Of a stretch of DNA of 64,000 bases, positions 51,725 to 64,000 are shown piece after piece. The stretch comes from Octopus vulgaris (taxonomy: Eukaryota): the NCBI GenBank assembly GCA_951406725.2, contig OX597831.1, forward strand, positions 43,276,001 through 43,340,000. Reading direction: 5' to 3'. The notes beneath the pieces were generated by a model, which saw only the letters and a program-made list of their open reading frames with translations, was not told where the DNA came from and made no database searches. A program made the position numbers and the translations under genes. Every line of letters begins with the position of its first letter. Positions within the stretch are counted from its first letter, which is position 1.

Positions 51725-52946
51725 GCGAACAGTGGTGCAGCGCTTAAAGAAATGGACTAATATCTTATTCATTCATACAAAAATTTGATGAAATACTGTG
51801 ATATATCTATTACTCAGTACTCTTTTCATACTACATCACTTTATGTGATTTTAAAAATTATTCTCACTCATATCAGCTCAATGACATTGTGAACATTCAT
51901 CATTTATTCATCCATCCTATTGACATTTTGTAAAACAAGCTTTAAAATCTTTTGTATATTTTTGTAGATGAATATAATTGATATTTTCTTTCACAAGAGT
52001 GTCGTTGTTATTTTATATTCGTTTATTGTTTGTTTCGTATGAAATATTACTCGTATGTTTATGCATGCTATTCCTTGTTGTTTTGTTGCAAGTTTCCTAT
52101 TAACAATCATCAGGTAGTTTCTACAGTAAACAGAGGAAGCGTAAGAGCGAAAGGTGAAGTACCTAATGGCGCATTAGTGAACGATACCATGGAAGCCTCT
52201 AATTTTCATAGATTATTGACAAATGTCATTCGATAACCGTCTCTTAACAATTAATTTATTCAACCGAGGAGTTCCGTTAAAGAAACTAAATTTCATATAA
52301 ATAGCCTAATAACATTATACGTGATTAGAAGAAGCGGCTTTCACTGTATTTCTTTCACTCAGTTACAAGAATATGTAGTGGATTCGATGCACCATAGCCA
52401 AATGGATAGTTATAAAAGCAAGCACACCACAAGCAAAAATCAGTCGGTGACAACGAAGTCTTACTTACCAGCTAGAACCTTTGTCAGAGGGAGAAATGAA
52501 GTTTACGGTCAGCAACGTCACACATCCTACAATTCTCACTAATTCTCACTAATTCTGTTTTCTTACAACATCATTCTATCTCTCTCTGTAATTACTACTA
52601 AACAATGAAGAGGACACAAACACAAACTTTACTTCCCATTGTTTTTTGATGCATCAAAATCTGCCCGTCGAGGCAAGTTATTGTAACGTAACGGTAAATA
52701 AGTATTTCCTTAAAACTTCATGCATTGTCAATCTTTCACATCTTATTACTAGCCGTTATAAGAAAGAATTTTTATCCTTACAAATATAAGTGAGAAATAT
52801 ACCAAAACGATGCAGATATCTTTCCTAAGTGGAAATAACAGCTTCAAATTCACGATTTTTATCGTAGAAAACTATTGATTTTGTAAACAGTAATATCTTA
52901 CAATTAGTTTGATCTTCAGCGTTGTCAACAAAAATATTTTTTGAAA

Positions 52947-53309
52947 TGATGGTTTATGCCAACTTAATGTGGCAGTCCCAGGAAAAGGAACAATGCTACT
53001 GCTATTAATCCCCAGGAAATACCGTTTCCAGATGGCTATGTTACACAAGTGTTCTGTTTTCAAAGGCGATTATGCATCAACGGCTAGCAAGCCAAGCTAA
53101 TCCAGACAGATGACGAGCAATGACTCTGAAACTAGTCTCTGATTGCTGGCTTTACTGGGTGGACGAGCTTATCTCCCCTGTTTGAAAACTTAAAGACACA
53201 GAACGCTTATGTCACATAGCCAATTGAAAACAGTGTTTCCTGGGGCTAAATAGCAGTAGCATTCTTTCCTTTCCTGGCACTGCTACATTAAGTTAGCAAC
53301 AAACCATCA
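52947..53309. mobile_element. MITE-like element, duplicate of 38562-38924
   Basis: Near-identical sequence. Confidence 0.7.
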
Positions 53310-53808
53310 CTTTATCTTCCTACTACTGTATAAGTGTCTCCGAGAGATTTTGAAATGCAATATTTCTATCTTTGAAATGAAATATAGCTAATCATATCTT
53401 TGTACATGAAGATTCTCGGTCATCATTTCACTATGGACATATCTTACTCTTAATAAATACGGTGAAATGTCTTACGACTACGTAAGGTCTCTGGCTATGC
53501 TCATTATATTGATCAACAGGTGAGGGACAGCACATGTTACGACACCTATTCACGAAGTGGTTTAGTGAAGCTGCAGACGGCCCTTGATATATCGGAATCG
53601 TTGAAAGACATCGAATCATTTACCGCTGTAAACTCAACGCATTTCCACACCTAACACATCGACTCTAACCACATAAACTCTACCATCAATAAACTTTGTT
53701 CCGTAATATATGCAAACGCACCGCCTTAGTCATCATCCTACTACAGCAATCAACGTTATCATTTTGTCCCACGAACGTCTAGCAATTGTGTTCCCTCTCC
53801 CACGCCTA

Positions 53809-54284
53809 TGTAGTGACGCTATCCAACAGCGCGTGCGCGCAACGCTCTTTCGCGCATACGCGAAGACCGTAAGAGGGAATTTGCTGATGTGGCGTTAGCT
53901 GATTAGGCGAAGGGAGCGTGAACCTTAAAAAGACAGAGAGAGATATAGCAGCAGTCAGCAGTAAGCAGGGACTTCAGGCACAGCGATCGAAGGTTGCAGA
54001 CCGTATTTCTCTTCGCTCCCTAGGACGCCATTATGACCAGTTCTGTTTGCTGTTGAACTTGTGAAATCATACAGCGTTAAAGTTCAGCCTTGCACATCCA
54101 GAACCAAGGGATACCAGATACACCACTTATTTCGTTCTGTGGATAAGACAATAAAGAGTATATATATTTTTACGTTTGCGTCTTGTGTTTTCTGACTGGT
54201 AGAATCTGGAAAGTAAAGCAACGGAAATTGTGATTGCACCAGTTGCACCCTAAAAGGTGCAAGAAGCAACCTATTCCCGTTACA
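53809..54284. mobile_element. Solo LTR, duplicate of 39424-39899 with the same CCTA TSD
   Basis: Same termini and flanks. Confidence 0.85.
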
Positions 54285-56320
54285 CCTATATATCTCACAC
54301 AAAAGCTTTTCCCACTGTTTCCATATACATCTCTTACAGCGAAATCGTTTCTGAATGCCTCTAGTGGATTTCCATGCTCTAGTTACCGGTCGTATCGCAT
54401 CAGATATACATGACACCAGAAAAAACTTTTCATCTAATTCAAGCGTAGACCATGCAAAATGCTGGCTCATTAAATTCCAAGTCTGTTCATATTTTCAACT
54501 TCGGCCCCGTGAGGTTGTGTGCCCTCAGATTCTTTCTGGATTTTTTCACTACATTGCATTTCAACCACCATATCCTCCGTCACATCGCTGAAGTTTCCCT
54601 GAACCATCTCGCCACCGATAAGATTTTCTAGTCTTGCTTTTGAGTTCGTGACACGCTATAGGGTTAACTAACTGTACAAATACTTCCCCGTGAAAAAAAG
54701 AACCACTTTGTTATGCAAATATTTTCCTTTGAAATTCCATAGAACTTTCAGAATTTAGATCTTGTGTACAGCTTTTGGAATATCTCTCATCAAGCTCCAT
54801 CAGTAATCTGCCATCATGTTTGAGTCGATCGCCCTTGGTAGCGTTTTTCCATTACTTTTACATCTTGATGAAAGTGTTCACCTTGTTCTTTGCTAACACC
54901 ACCCAAGTTGTCTGGAAACTCACTCGAGTGATTGTCTACGTAGGGCAGTTTATACGCATTCTACATCCAAGTGCTTGCAAACTCAGGAGCAGCTCCTCCA
55001 CAATCACTTAATATTTGCCAGCTTTCGGTTTCTAAGAAAATTCCGCGCCAAATGAGAGACAGCATTCCAAGACATTGTAGAACTTTAGAAGGGCTAAAAT
55101 GACACATTCGATCACAGCACCGATAACAGTTAAACCTCGTGCAATGGCCATACTAGATAACGAGGGGGCAGCCATCATGTATGTATGTATGTATGTATGT
55201 ATGTATGTATGTATGTATGTATGTATGTATGTATGTATGTATGTATGTATGTATGTATGTATGTATGTGTGTAGGCATATATGTATGTATGCATGTATGT
55301 GTGTATGCATGCAAGCATTTAGGTAGGCATGTATGTATATAATTATAAATGGGCATTCCTATATATATGTGCAAACATCGAAACTGTTTCCATATAACTT
55401 CCAGAAAAAGTGATGTTTCTTGATGAAATGTTCTACAAATACGCTCCAGATGATGTACATTCCAATTATGAAAGAATTTCTTTTCAAAACCATTCTCAGT
55501 TGCTGGGAAGAAGTGCTTCGGAAAATTCACTCCGGTTGGCTTTGTTGTCTTACGACTGTCAGAAAATTTGGAATAATCTAATGAAATTTTCTGTAAACAG
55601 TTTTAAGAATGAGTAACTTACGATTATTTTAGAATTTGATGTGAAAGAAATGAAAAAAAATTTAGTTCACGCGTATACTGGCATTTTTTCCCCCGAAATT
55701 TCATGTTTCATTATGTAGATACATGTGATGTGTGTTAGTACGTGTGTTCATGAGTCTGCCAAATTTATTTTTTCATGTAGAATCCGGTAGAAACGACTTT
55801 TTTCTATGACAGGACCTTTTCCGAACCTCTTCACCCAAAACACGCAAAAAAACTCCCTATACGATATTTCGTTATGATCAGAGTGTACAACTACCCGAAG
55901 CATATTTGAAGAAAATTTCATTTAAAAATATCCATTTTCTGGAAGTTATGATGCAACAAAGTTGGTGGCGGTGGCATGTGCGGTAATACATACGTATGTA
56001 TGTATGTATGTATGTATGTATGTATGTATGTATGTATGTATGTATGTATGTATGTATGTATGTATGTATGTATGTATGTATGTATGTATGTATGTATGTA
56101 TGTATGTATGTATGCATGCATGCATGCATGTTTGTTTGTATGTATGTATGTATGTATGTATGTATGTATGTACGTACGTATGTATTTGTATGGGTTCGTA
56201 TGTATGTATATATGTTTATATGTGTATATGTATGTATGTATGTATATGTATGTACATACCCATGTATGTATACATGCAATCATGTAGATAATCAGGTATT
56301 TACGCAAGTATATATATATA

Positions 56321-57761
56321 GTGTAATAAATAAAATATATGCATACATACAAACATATATGTACGTACCTACATCTACATGTATATATACATGCATATAT
56401 AAATATATATACGTGTGTACAGGACACCACAAATAGACGTAGAACTCAACGAGAAACGAAAAAGTAAAAACAGCATGGAACGGACCATTTTTTTAACAAC
56501 GAAAAAACAGAGTACAAGACAACTACACAAGGAAAAATCCCCTTCATCAGCTGTCCCTAGTTCGACTCTAGCGTGTTTCGAAGGTGAGGATAGAACACGT
56601 CCCGTCGAACTAATCCTTCCTGCGAAAGAATTAAATAAAATTCCTTTGCAGAGGGGTAAAAACAACGTGTTCTGTCCTCACCTTCGAAACACGCTGGAGT
56701 TGAACTAGGGACAGCTAATGAAGGGGATTTTTCCTTATGTAGTTGTCTTGTACTCTGTTTTATCGTTGTTAAAAAAATGGTCCGTTCCATGCTGTTTTTA
56801 CTTTTTCGTAACTCGTTGAGTTCTACGTCTATTTGTGGTGTCCTGTACACACGTATATATATTTATATATGCATGTATATATACATGTAGATGTAGGTAC
56901 GTACATATATGTTTGTATGTATGCATATATTTTATTTATTACGCTATTGTATGACTGAGCGCCCTCGCGTCGATTCGATCCGATTCGTTTCGTTTCTTCT
57001 TCTTCTCTAAGCTGGTTTTTATATATAATTATGACGCGAAACTCTATAACTCCTTCTTTCACCCTCTTTGGCTTCCTTCCTCTCTATCTCTCTCTCTCTC
57101 TCTCACAGTCGGGTCGACGAACTTCCTTTCGCTGGCGGCCTTCTTCAAGTAAACATGATTCTTCCTGCGCTCATGAAAAAATTTTTTCGTCGTCTAGGCT
57201 TATAGGCCCTCATTATTTGTTTTCCTGTCCTGTTTCTATTCCTTCTTGTACTGTATTTTTTGTAATTGTATTTTTATTTTGTATTTGTTTTTAATTGTAT
57301 TGTTTATACGTCCTGTTTTTGTCACATTTTTTTCCTTGTTTTTACCCCTCTGCAAAGGAATTTTATTTAATTCTTTCGCAGGAAGGATTAGTTCGACGGG
57401 ACGTGTTCTGTCCTCACCTTCGAAACACGCTGGAGTTGAACTAGGGACAGCTGATGAAGGGGATTTTTCCTTGTGTAGTTGACTTGTACTCTGTGTTTTC
57501 GTTGTTAAAAAAATGGTCCGTTCCATGCTGCTTTTACTTTTTCGTTTCTCGTTGAGTTCTACGTCTATTTGTGGTGTCCTGTACACACGTATATATATTT
57601 ATATATGCATGTATATATACATGTAGATGTAGGTACGTACACATATGTTTGTATGTATGCATATATTTTATTTATTACACTATTGTATGACTGAGCGCCC
57701 TCGTGTCGATTCGATTCGATTCGTTTCGTTTCGTTTCGTTTCTTCTTCTTCTCTAAGCTGG

Positions 57762-57767
<6 letters not shown>
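56321..57767 (+). mobile_element. Non-autonomous Penelope-like/retrozyme-like element, complete copy (inverted head plus about 1.5 monomers of 736 nt)
   Basis: Flanked by (TA)n on both sides; empty site CGCAAG(TA)nTGGGCTTTG at 46972-47004; hammerhead-like cores at 56666-56726 and 57402-57462. Confidence 0.7.
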
Positions 57768-57840
<73 letters not shown>

Positions 57841-60179
57841 GCTTTGCCACATACGTGTGCAACCATTGAATCTGAAGTGAACCTTGCATGCATAAGTGGA
57901 TTCGATCCACCACAGCCAAATTTAAAATAACACTGCTACAGAACTTTTTCCACGGTGGAACAATGGTTTTCCTCTGACAGCAGTTTTACATTTCCAGATG
58001 CCTTTAGATAGACCGAAATATTGTCTTTACTACTTGTCCCTTTCTAACCTCTTCTACTTCACCAAAAGCTAGAATAAGAGATAACAAGACTACCAACTAA
58101 ATTTACTGTTCTCAATGATATATCTGCCCTTCTGGATCTTTATATAAGCAAGCACACCCCAAGCAAAAATCAGTTAGTCACCAGTGGGTGACAAACTCAG
58201 TCAGAACGTAGTCTGGCTGACCAGCTAAAACCTTGGCCAGAGGGAGAAATTACGTTCACTGTCAGTAACGTCACACACTCTACAATACTCACTAGTTGTA
58301 ATTCTGTTCCCTTACAACATCATTCTATCTCTCTCTGTAATTACTACTATACAATGAAGAGGACACAAACACAAACTTTACTTCGCATGCTTTTGGATTT
58401 ATCATAAACTGCCTGTCGATGCAAGGTATTTGTAAAGTAACGGTGAATAAATATTTCCTTAAAACTTCATGCATTGCCTATCTTTCACATCCTACAGTAA
58501 ACAATTATAACAACAAAAACTTTATCGCTACAACTGCGGACTCCCACATCATCTCAATAACGTTGTTTACCAAATATATTTATCCCGTTACAATTGGTAA
58601 CTACACCAAAGTAAAATTCAACCGTTACAAATCCATTACAATTTAGCTGCCAGAAAAAGTGATATTTCTTGGTGCAATTTTCTACAAATACGCCTCAGAT
58701 GATGTATATTGTAATGATGATGGAATTTCTTGAGAAACCTTTTTCTGTCGGTGGGAAGAAGTGCTTCGGAAAATACACAAGTGTTGGTTTTGTTTTCTCA
58801 TAACTTTCAGAAAAACTGGAATTTTTCAATGAAATTTTCTGCAAATACTTTTAACAGAGTATAAATTACGATTATATTAGAATTTGATGTGGAAAAAAAT
58901 TGAGAGCACACCCATATACTGGCACACACCTTTTTGTTTTCTCTTGAAATTTCAGGTTTCATTATGAAGATATGATTGACGTGTGTCAGTACTTGTGTTT
59001 ATGAACCTACCAAATTTATTTTCTCGTGTTAATATCCGGTATAACCGCAATCTACACACTCCAAAATATATCCATAGAACCTTTCTTACAAAATTACTTA
59101 TTTCCCTGACAGTTAAGAATTCAGAAATCCGCCTCGTTTGAATTTTCCGAAACACATCCACCCAACGCTGGCAAAGAAAATCTTTCACTATACAATATTT
59201 CGGTATCATCAGAACCTACAACATCTGAAGCATATTTGTAGAAAATTTATGCGATATATGTGTATCCGAACTCTATGTAAAACACTCTTTATCAAAGAAT
59301 ACATGTTCAAATGCACCATTCCTTCTTTAAAGATAACAAAAGATGACTTTCGGCAGCTTTTGACTGCTATTTCTAGCGAGTATGGTGATGTTCACGTCGT
59401 CGATAGTTTAGTGCAACACAAAATATTTCAAACCAAGGAAACTACGAGAATAAAAATAAAAGTTGTTAGAAGCGATATACTAAATGGTAAGAGAACGTGA
59501 AAGGTGGTGTTCATTATTTCGTATGAGAGCAATATTCATTCATCAATCACAGCTACACATGTACGTCTAACTTATTCATTGATATTTGAGAGCAAACATA
59601 CTAAACTTGGATATGAAAATAAATACAAATACACTGTTTAAATCTGTTTAAAACGAAGCTATTCTTAACCAATTACTATAGAAATGCATTTGCTTTTTCT
59701 ATGTATATTTTCTTTGAGGACACACTTGTACGTTATATGACAATCTGAACCCATTGTGAAAGATTTTGTATGAAGGTATAAATATTCAAATGTGACATTT
59801 CTTTGTTTAAAGACAAAACAAAACATTCGGCAGATTTTGACTGCCATTTCTAGCAAGTGCAGTGATATTCGCATCGTTACCTTTTTATGAGTTCGTAAAT
59901 GAATTGCGAATTTGTGGCTATTGTTGCATTTCAGTCTTAAAACAGGAACATTGTGCAACACAAAATATTTCAAACCAAGAAAACTATCAAAACAAAAATA
60001 AAAGTTGCGAAAAGCGATATACGATGACGGGAAAAGAACGTGAACGACGGTGTTTATTATTTGTTACGACGGCAATATTCATCCATGAAACAGAGTTGTT
60101 CTACTAAAAAACACAAATTATGAGCAAATATCCTATACAAATCCACTTCTATATGTAAAATAAGCTAATGGAATTAAAA

Positions 60180-60335
60180 GGAAACTTCTGGAACGTTACA
60201 GAAAGCCTGTAGCACCGGGTAGAACAATATCGAAATGCCTCGTAAACTCTGTAATGACGTCACAGTGGGAAGGGGCGTTACTCTCCACTATATATACAGC
60301 ATTGCCCACACAGCTTGTCAATCAGATTCTACAGA
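60180..60335 (+). promoter_or_regulatory. Hsp70 copy 6 promoter: HSE 60180-60204 with fourth unit TTC>TTA, CRE 60255-60262, TATA 60289-60296
   Basis: gGAAa cTTCt gGAAc gTTAc aGAAa. Confidence 0.85.
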
Positions 60336-60555
60336 AGCACGACTGTAGACAACTCGAGACAAGAGTCTCAGCTGCAAAACATTTCTTTCAGTTATACATA
60401 CATTGAAGCAACACTCATTCACATATAATACATTTATATATTCTACTGACACAACTGAAATACAAAGTAAGACGAGCAAGAGATAAAGAAGAAAGAAAGA
60501 ATTTCTCAAGTTTTATACTGGACATTTTGAGCGAACAATAGAAAAAGGAAGAAGA

Positions 60556-62427
60556 ATGGTAAAAGCACCTGCTATCGGAATCGATCTGGGAACAACCTAT
60601 TCTTGTGTAGGTGTGTTTCAACACGGTAAAGTGGAAATTATTGCCAACGATCAGGGAAACAGGACAACACCAAGCTATGTGGCTTTCACCGATGCCGAAA
60701 GGCTGGTGGGTGATGCAGCGAAAAACCAAGCGGCCCTCAACCCTGAGAACACGGTGTTCGATGCTAAACGTTTAATTGGACGTCACTTTAACGATACGTC
60801 CGTACAAAGCGACATGAAATATTGGCCATTCCGAGTGGTGAACACAAACGGTAATAAAGCACATGTACAAATAGAGTACAAGGGAGAGCAAAAGCAGTTC
60901 TCGGCCGAAGAGATTAGCTCGATGGTATTGAGTAAAATGAAGGAGACAGCCGAGTCGTACCTGGGCTGTAAAGTAACAGACGCAGTAGTAACGGTGCCAG
61001 CTTACTTTAACGACTCTCAGAGACAGGCGACGAAAGATGCAGCTAGTATAGCTGGTTTGAATGTGTTGAGAATTGTCAACGAACCAACGGCCGCCGCACT
61101 TGCCTACGGTCTCGAGAAAAACTTATCTGGTGAGAAGAACGTTCTGATCTTCGACTTGGGCGGTGGTACATTCGATGTTTCCATCCTCACAATCGACCAA
61201 GGATCTCTTTTCGAGGTGAAAGCTACAGCTGGCGACACACATCTCGGAGGAGAAGACTTCGACAACCGGCTCGTTGACTACTTTGTCGAAGAATTCAAGC
61301 GTAAACACAAGAAAAATCTGAAACAAAGCCCACGCCCTATCAGACGTCTGCGTACTGCATGTGAACGGGCAAAACGAACCCTATCGAGCAGTTCAGAAGC
61401 TTCAGTAGAGCTGGATTCTCTGTATGAAGGCATTGATTTTTACTCGAAGATTACCAGAGCACGCTTCGAGGATCTTTGCAGTGACCTCTTCCGATCGACT
61501 CTAGAACCAGTTGAGAAAGCTCTGCGAGACGCCAAACTCGATAAATCCCGCATCGACGACATCGTGTTGGTCGGTGGATCGACACGCATTCCCAAGATCC
61601 AGAAATTACTAACCGACTTCATGCAAGGAAAGACCATCAACAAATCCATCAACCCAGACGAAGCTGTCGCCTACGGAGCTGCCGTACAAGCTGCTGTTCT
61701 GTCTGGAGACGCGAGCGATTGCATCAGAGACGTACTACTTGTAGATGTAGCACCGTTATCTCTTGGAATCGAAACGGCTGGTGGTGTGATGACCAAACTT
61801 ATCGAGCGTAACAGCAGAATACCGTGTAAGGCATCCAATGTATTCACTACGTATTCAGATAACCAGCCGGCTGTTTCTATTCAGGTATTCGAAGGAGAAA
61901 GAGCAATGACAAAAGACAACAACTGCCTCGGACGTTTCGACTTGACTGGCATTCCACCAGCTCCCAGAGGCGTACCTCAAATAGAAGTCTCCTTCGATAT
62001 GGATGCCAACGGAATACTCAACGTTTCTGCTGTCGACAAAAGCACCGGCAAAAGCAACAAAATTACCATCACCAACGACAAAGGTCGTTTGAGCAAAGAG
62101 GAAATCGAAAGAATGCTCAACGAAGCTAAACAATACGAGGCAGAAGACGAAAAGCAACGCCAACGTGTTGCAGCTAGGAACCAGTTGGAGCATTACATAT
62201 TCAGTGTGAAACATGCACTCAATGAAGATAACGGCAAACTGTCCGAGCAAGATAAGAAGCAAGCAGTGGAAATGTGTGACCAAACATTACAGTGGATAGA
62301 CAACAACAGTCTAGCAGACACAGACGAATTTACCTACAGACTTCAGGAAGCACAGAAAATTTGCTCTCCTATCATGTCCAAACTACACACATCGTCGTCT
62401 TCTAACAATAATCATTGCTCATCATAG
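60556..62427 (+). CDS. hsp70: Hsp70 copy 6, 623 aa, premature TAG, EEMD-less
   Basis: TAG at 62425-62427; vestigial tail ANSGATIKEMD followed by TCA instead of TAA. Confidence 0.92.
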   Translation: MVKAPAIGIDLGTTYSCVGVFQHGKVEIIANDQGNRTTPSYVAFTDAERLVGDAAKNQAALNPENTVFDAKRLIGRHFNDTSVQSDMKYWPFRVVNTNGNKAHVQIEYKGEQKQFSAEEISSMVLSKMKETAESYLGCKVTDAVVTVPAYFNDSQRQATKDAASIAGLNVLRIVNEPTAAALAYGLEKNLSGEKNVLIFDLGGGTFDVSILTIDQGSLFEVKATAGDTHLGGEDFDNRLVDYFVEEFKRKHKKNLKQSPRPIRRLRTACERAKRTLSSSSEASVELDSLYEGIDFYSKITRARFEDLCSDLFRSTLEPVEKALRDAKLDKSRIDDIVLVGGSTRIPKIQKLLTDFMQGKTINKSINPDEAVAYGAAVQAAVLSGDASDCIRDVLLVDVAPLSLGIETAGGVMTKLIERNSRIPCKASNVFTTYSDNQPAVSIQVFEGERAMTKDNNCLGRFDLTGIPPAPRGVPQIEVSFDMDANGILNVSAVDKSTGKSNKITITNDKGRLSKEEIERMLNEAKQYEAEDEKQRQRVAARNQLEHYIFSVKHALNEDNGKLSEQDKKQAVEMCDQTLQWIDNNSLADTDEFTYRLQEAQKICSPIMSKLHTSSSSNNNHCSS

Positions 62428-63858
62428 GCGAACAGTGGTGCAACGATTAAAGAAATGGACTCATATCTTATTCATTCATACAAAAATTTGATGACATACT
62501 GTGATATATCTATTACTCAGTACTCTTTTCATACTACATCACTTTATGTGATTTTAAAAATTAGTCTCATTCGTATCAGCTCAATGACATTGTGAACTTT
62601 CATTACTTATTCATCCATCCTATTGACATTTTGTAAAACAAGCTTTAAAATCTTTTGTATATTTTTGTAGATGAATATAATTGATATTTTCTTTCACAAG
62701 AGTGTCGTTGTTATTTTATATTCGTTTATTGTTTGTTTCCTATGAAATATTACTCGTATGTTTATGCATGCTATTCCTTGTTGTTTTGTTGCAAGTTTCC
62801 TATTAACAATCATCAGGTAATTTCTACAGTAAACATGTAGAAATGTTTATCGGAGAGGAAGCATAAAAGCGAAAGGTGAAGTAGCTAATGGCGCTTTAGT
62901 GAACGATACCATGGAAGCCTCTAATTTTCATAGATTCTTGACAAATGCCATTCGATAACCGTCTCTTAACAATTAATTTATTCAACCGAGGAGTTCCGTT
63001 AAAGAAACTAAATTTCATATCAATAGCCTAATAACATTATACGTGATTAGAATAAGCGGCTTTCACTGTATTTCTTTCACTCAGTTACAAGAATATGTAG
63101 TGGATTCGATGCACCATAGCCAAATTCAGATTAACACTGCAACAGAACTTTTTCCATGGTGGAACAATGGTTTTTCTCTGACAGCAGTTTTACATTTTCC
63201 AGATGCCATTAGCTAGGCCGAAAAAATGACTTCATCACCTTTCTAACCTCTTCTACTTCACCAAAAGCTAGAATAGAGACTACCAACTAAATTTATTGTT
63301 CTCAATGATATATCTATCCTTCTGGATAGTTATAAAAGCAAGCACACCCCGAGCAAAAATCAGTTGGTGACAACGAAGTCTGACTGACCATCTAGAACCT
63401 TTGTCAGAGGGAGAAATGAAGTTTACGGTCAGCAACGTCACACACTCTACAATACTCACTAGTTGTAATTCTGTTCCCTTACAATCATTCTATCTCTCTC
63501 TGTAATTACTACTAAACAATGAAGAGGACACAAACACAAACTTTACTTCGCATGCTATTAGATTTATCATAAACTTCCCGTCGAGGCAATGTATTGTAAC
63601 GTAATGGTAAATAAATATTTCCTTAAAACTTCATGCATTGTCCATCTTTCACATCTTACAACTAGCCGTTATTAAAACGAATTTTTATCGTTACAAATAT
63701 AAGTGAGAAATATACCAACACGATGCAGATATCTTTCACACTTGGAAATAACTGCTTCAAATTCACGATTTGCATCGTAGAAAACTATTGATTTTGTAAA
63801 CAGTAATGTCTTACAATTAGTTTGAGCTTCAGCATTGTCAACAAAAATATTCTTGAAA

Positions 63859-64000
63859 TGAGGGTTTATGCCAACTTAATGTGGCAGTCCCAGGAAAAGG
63901 AACAATGCTACTGCTATTAATCCCCAGGAACACCGTTTCCAGATCGCTATGTTACACAAGTGTTCTGTTTTCAAAGGCGATTAAGCATCAACGGCTAGCA
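63859..64000. mobile_element. Third copy of the 38562 MITE-like element, cut by the window end
   Basis: Left TIR sequence present. Confidence 0.65.

Larger units (their letters stand above)
34800..64000 (+). repeat. Right tandem array of Hsp70 units (spacing 14384 and 10703 bp), inverted relative to the left array
   Basis: ATGs at 35469, 49853, 60556; 37340-43175 matches 51724-57545; 46990-49850 matches 57835-60555. Confidence 0.9.

Overview
Eukaryotic, AT-rich, microsatellite-rich DNA; the SINE families suggest an octopus/cephalopod genome (inference). The window is built around six intronless, inducible-type cytosolic Hsp70 genes in a divergent cluster. Three copies lie on the minus strand (period about 9.9 kb, 635 aa, ending EEMD). 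Three lie on the plus strand (periods about 14.4 and 10.7 kb); all three stop 12 codons early and lack the EEMD motif, and one also carries a compensating +1/-1 indel pair. Every copy has an HSE/CRE/TATA promoter, with HSE quality differing between copies. Spacers are mosaics of transposon relics: Tx1-like and CR1 LINEs, an RTE tail, Chapaev3-like fragments, tRNA-derived SINEs, a Helitron, MITEs and solo LTRs. The most unusual signals are (i) a fold-back, tandem Penelope/retrozyme-like element carrying all hammerhead-ribozyme core segments in a non-circularly permuted order, (ii) a minimal type I hammerhead near the cluster axis, and (iii) the orientation-linked split into EEMD-plus and EEMD-minus Hsp70s despite apparent gene conversion. 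All structures were read by eye and repeat boundaries are approximate.
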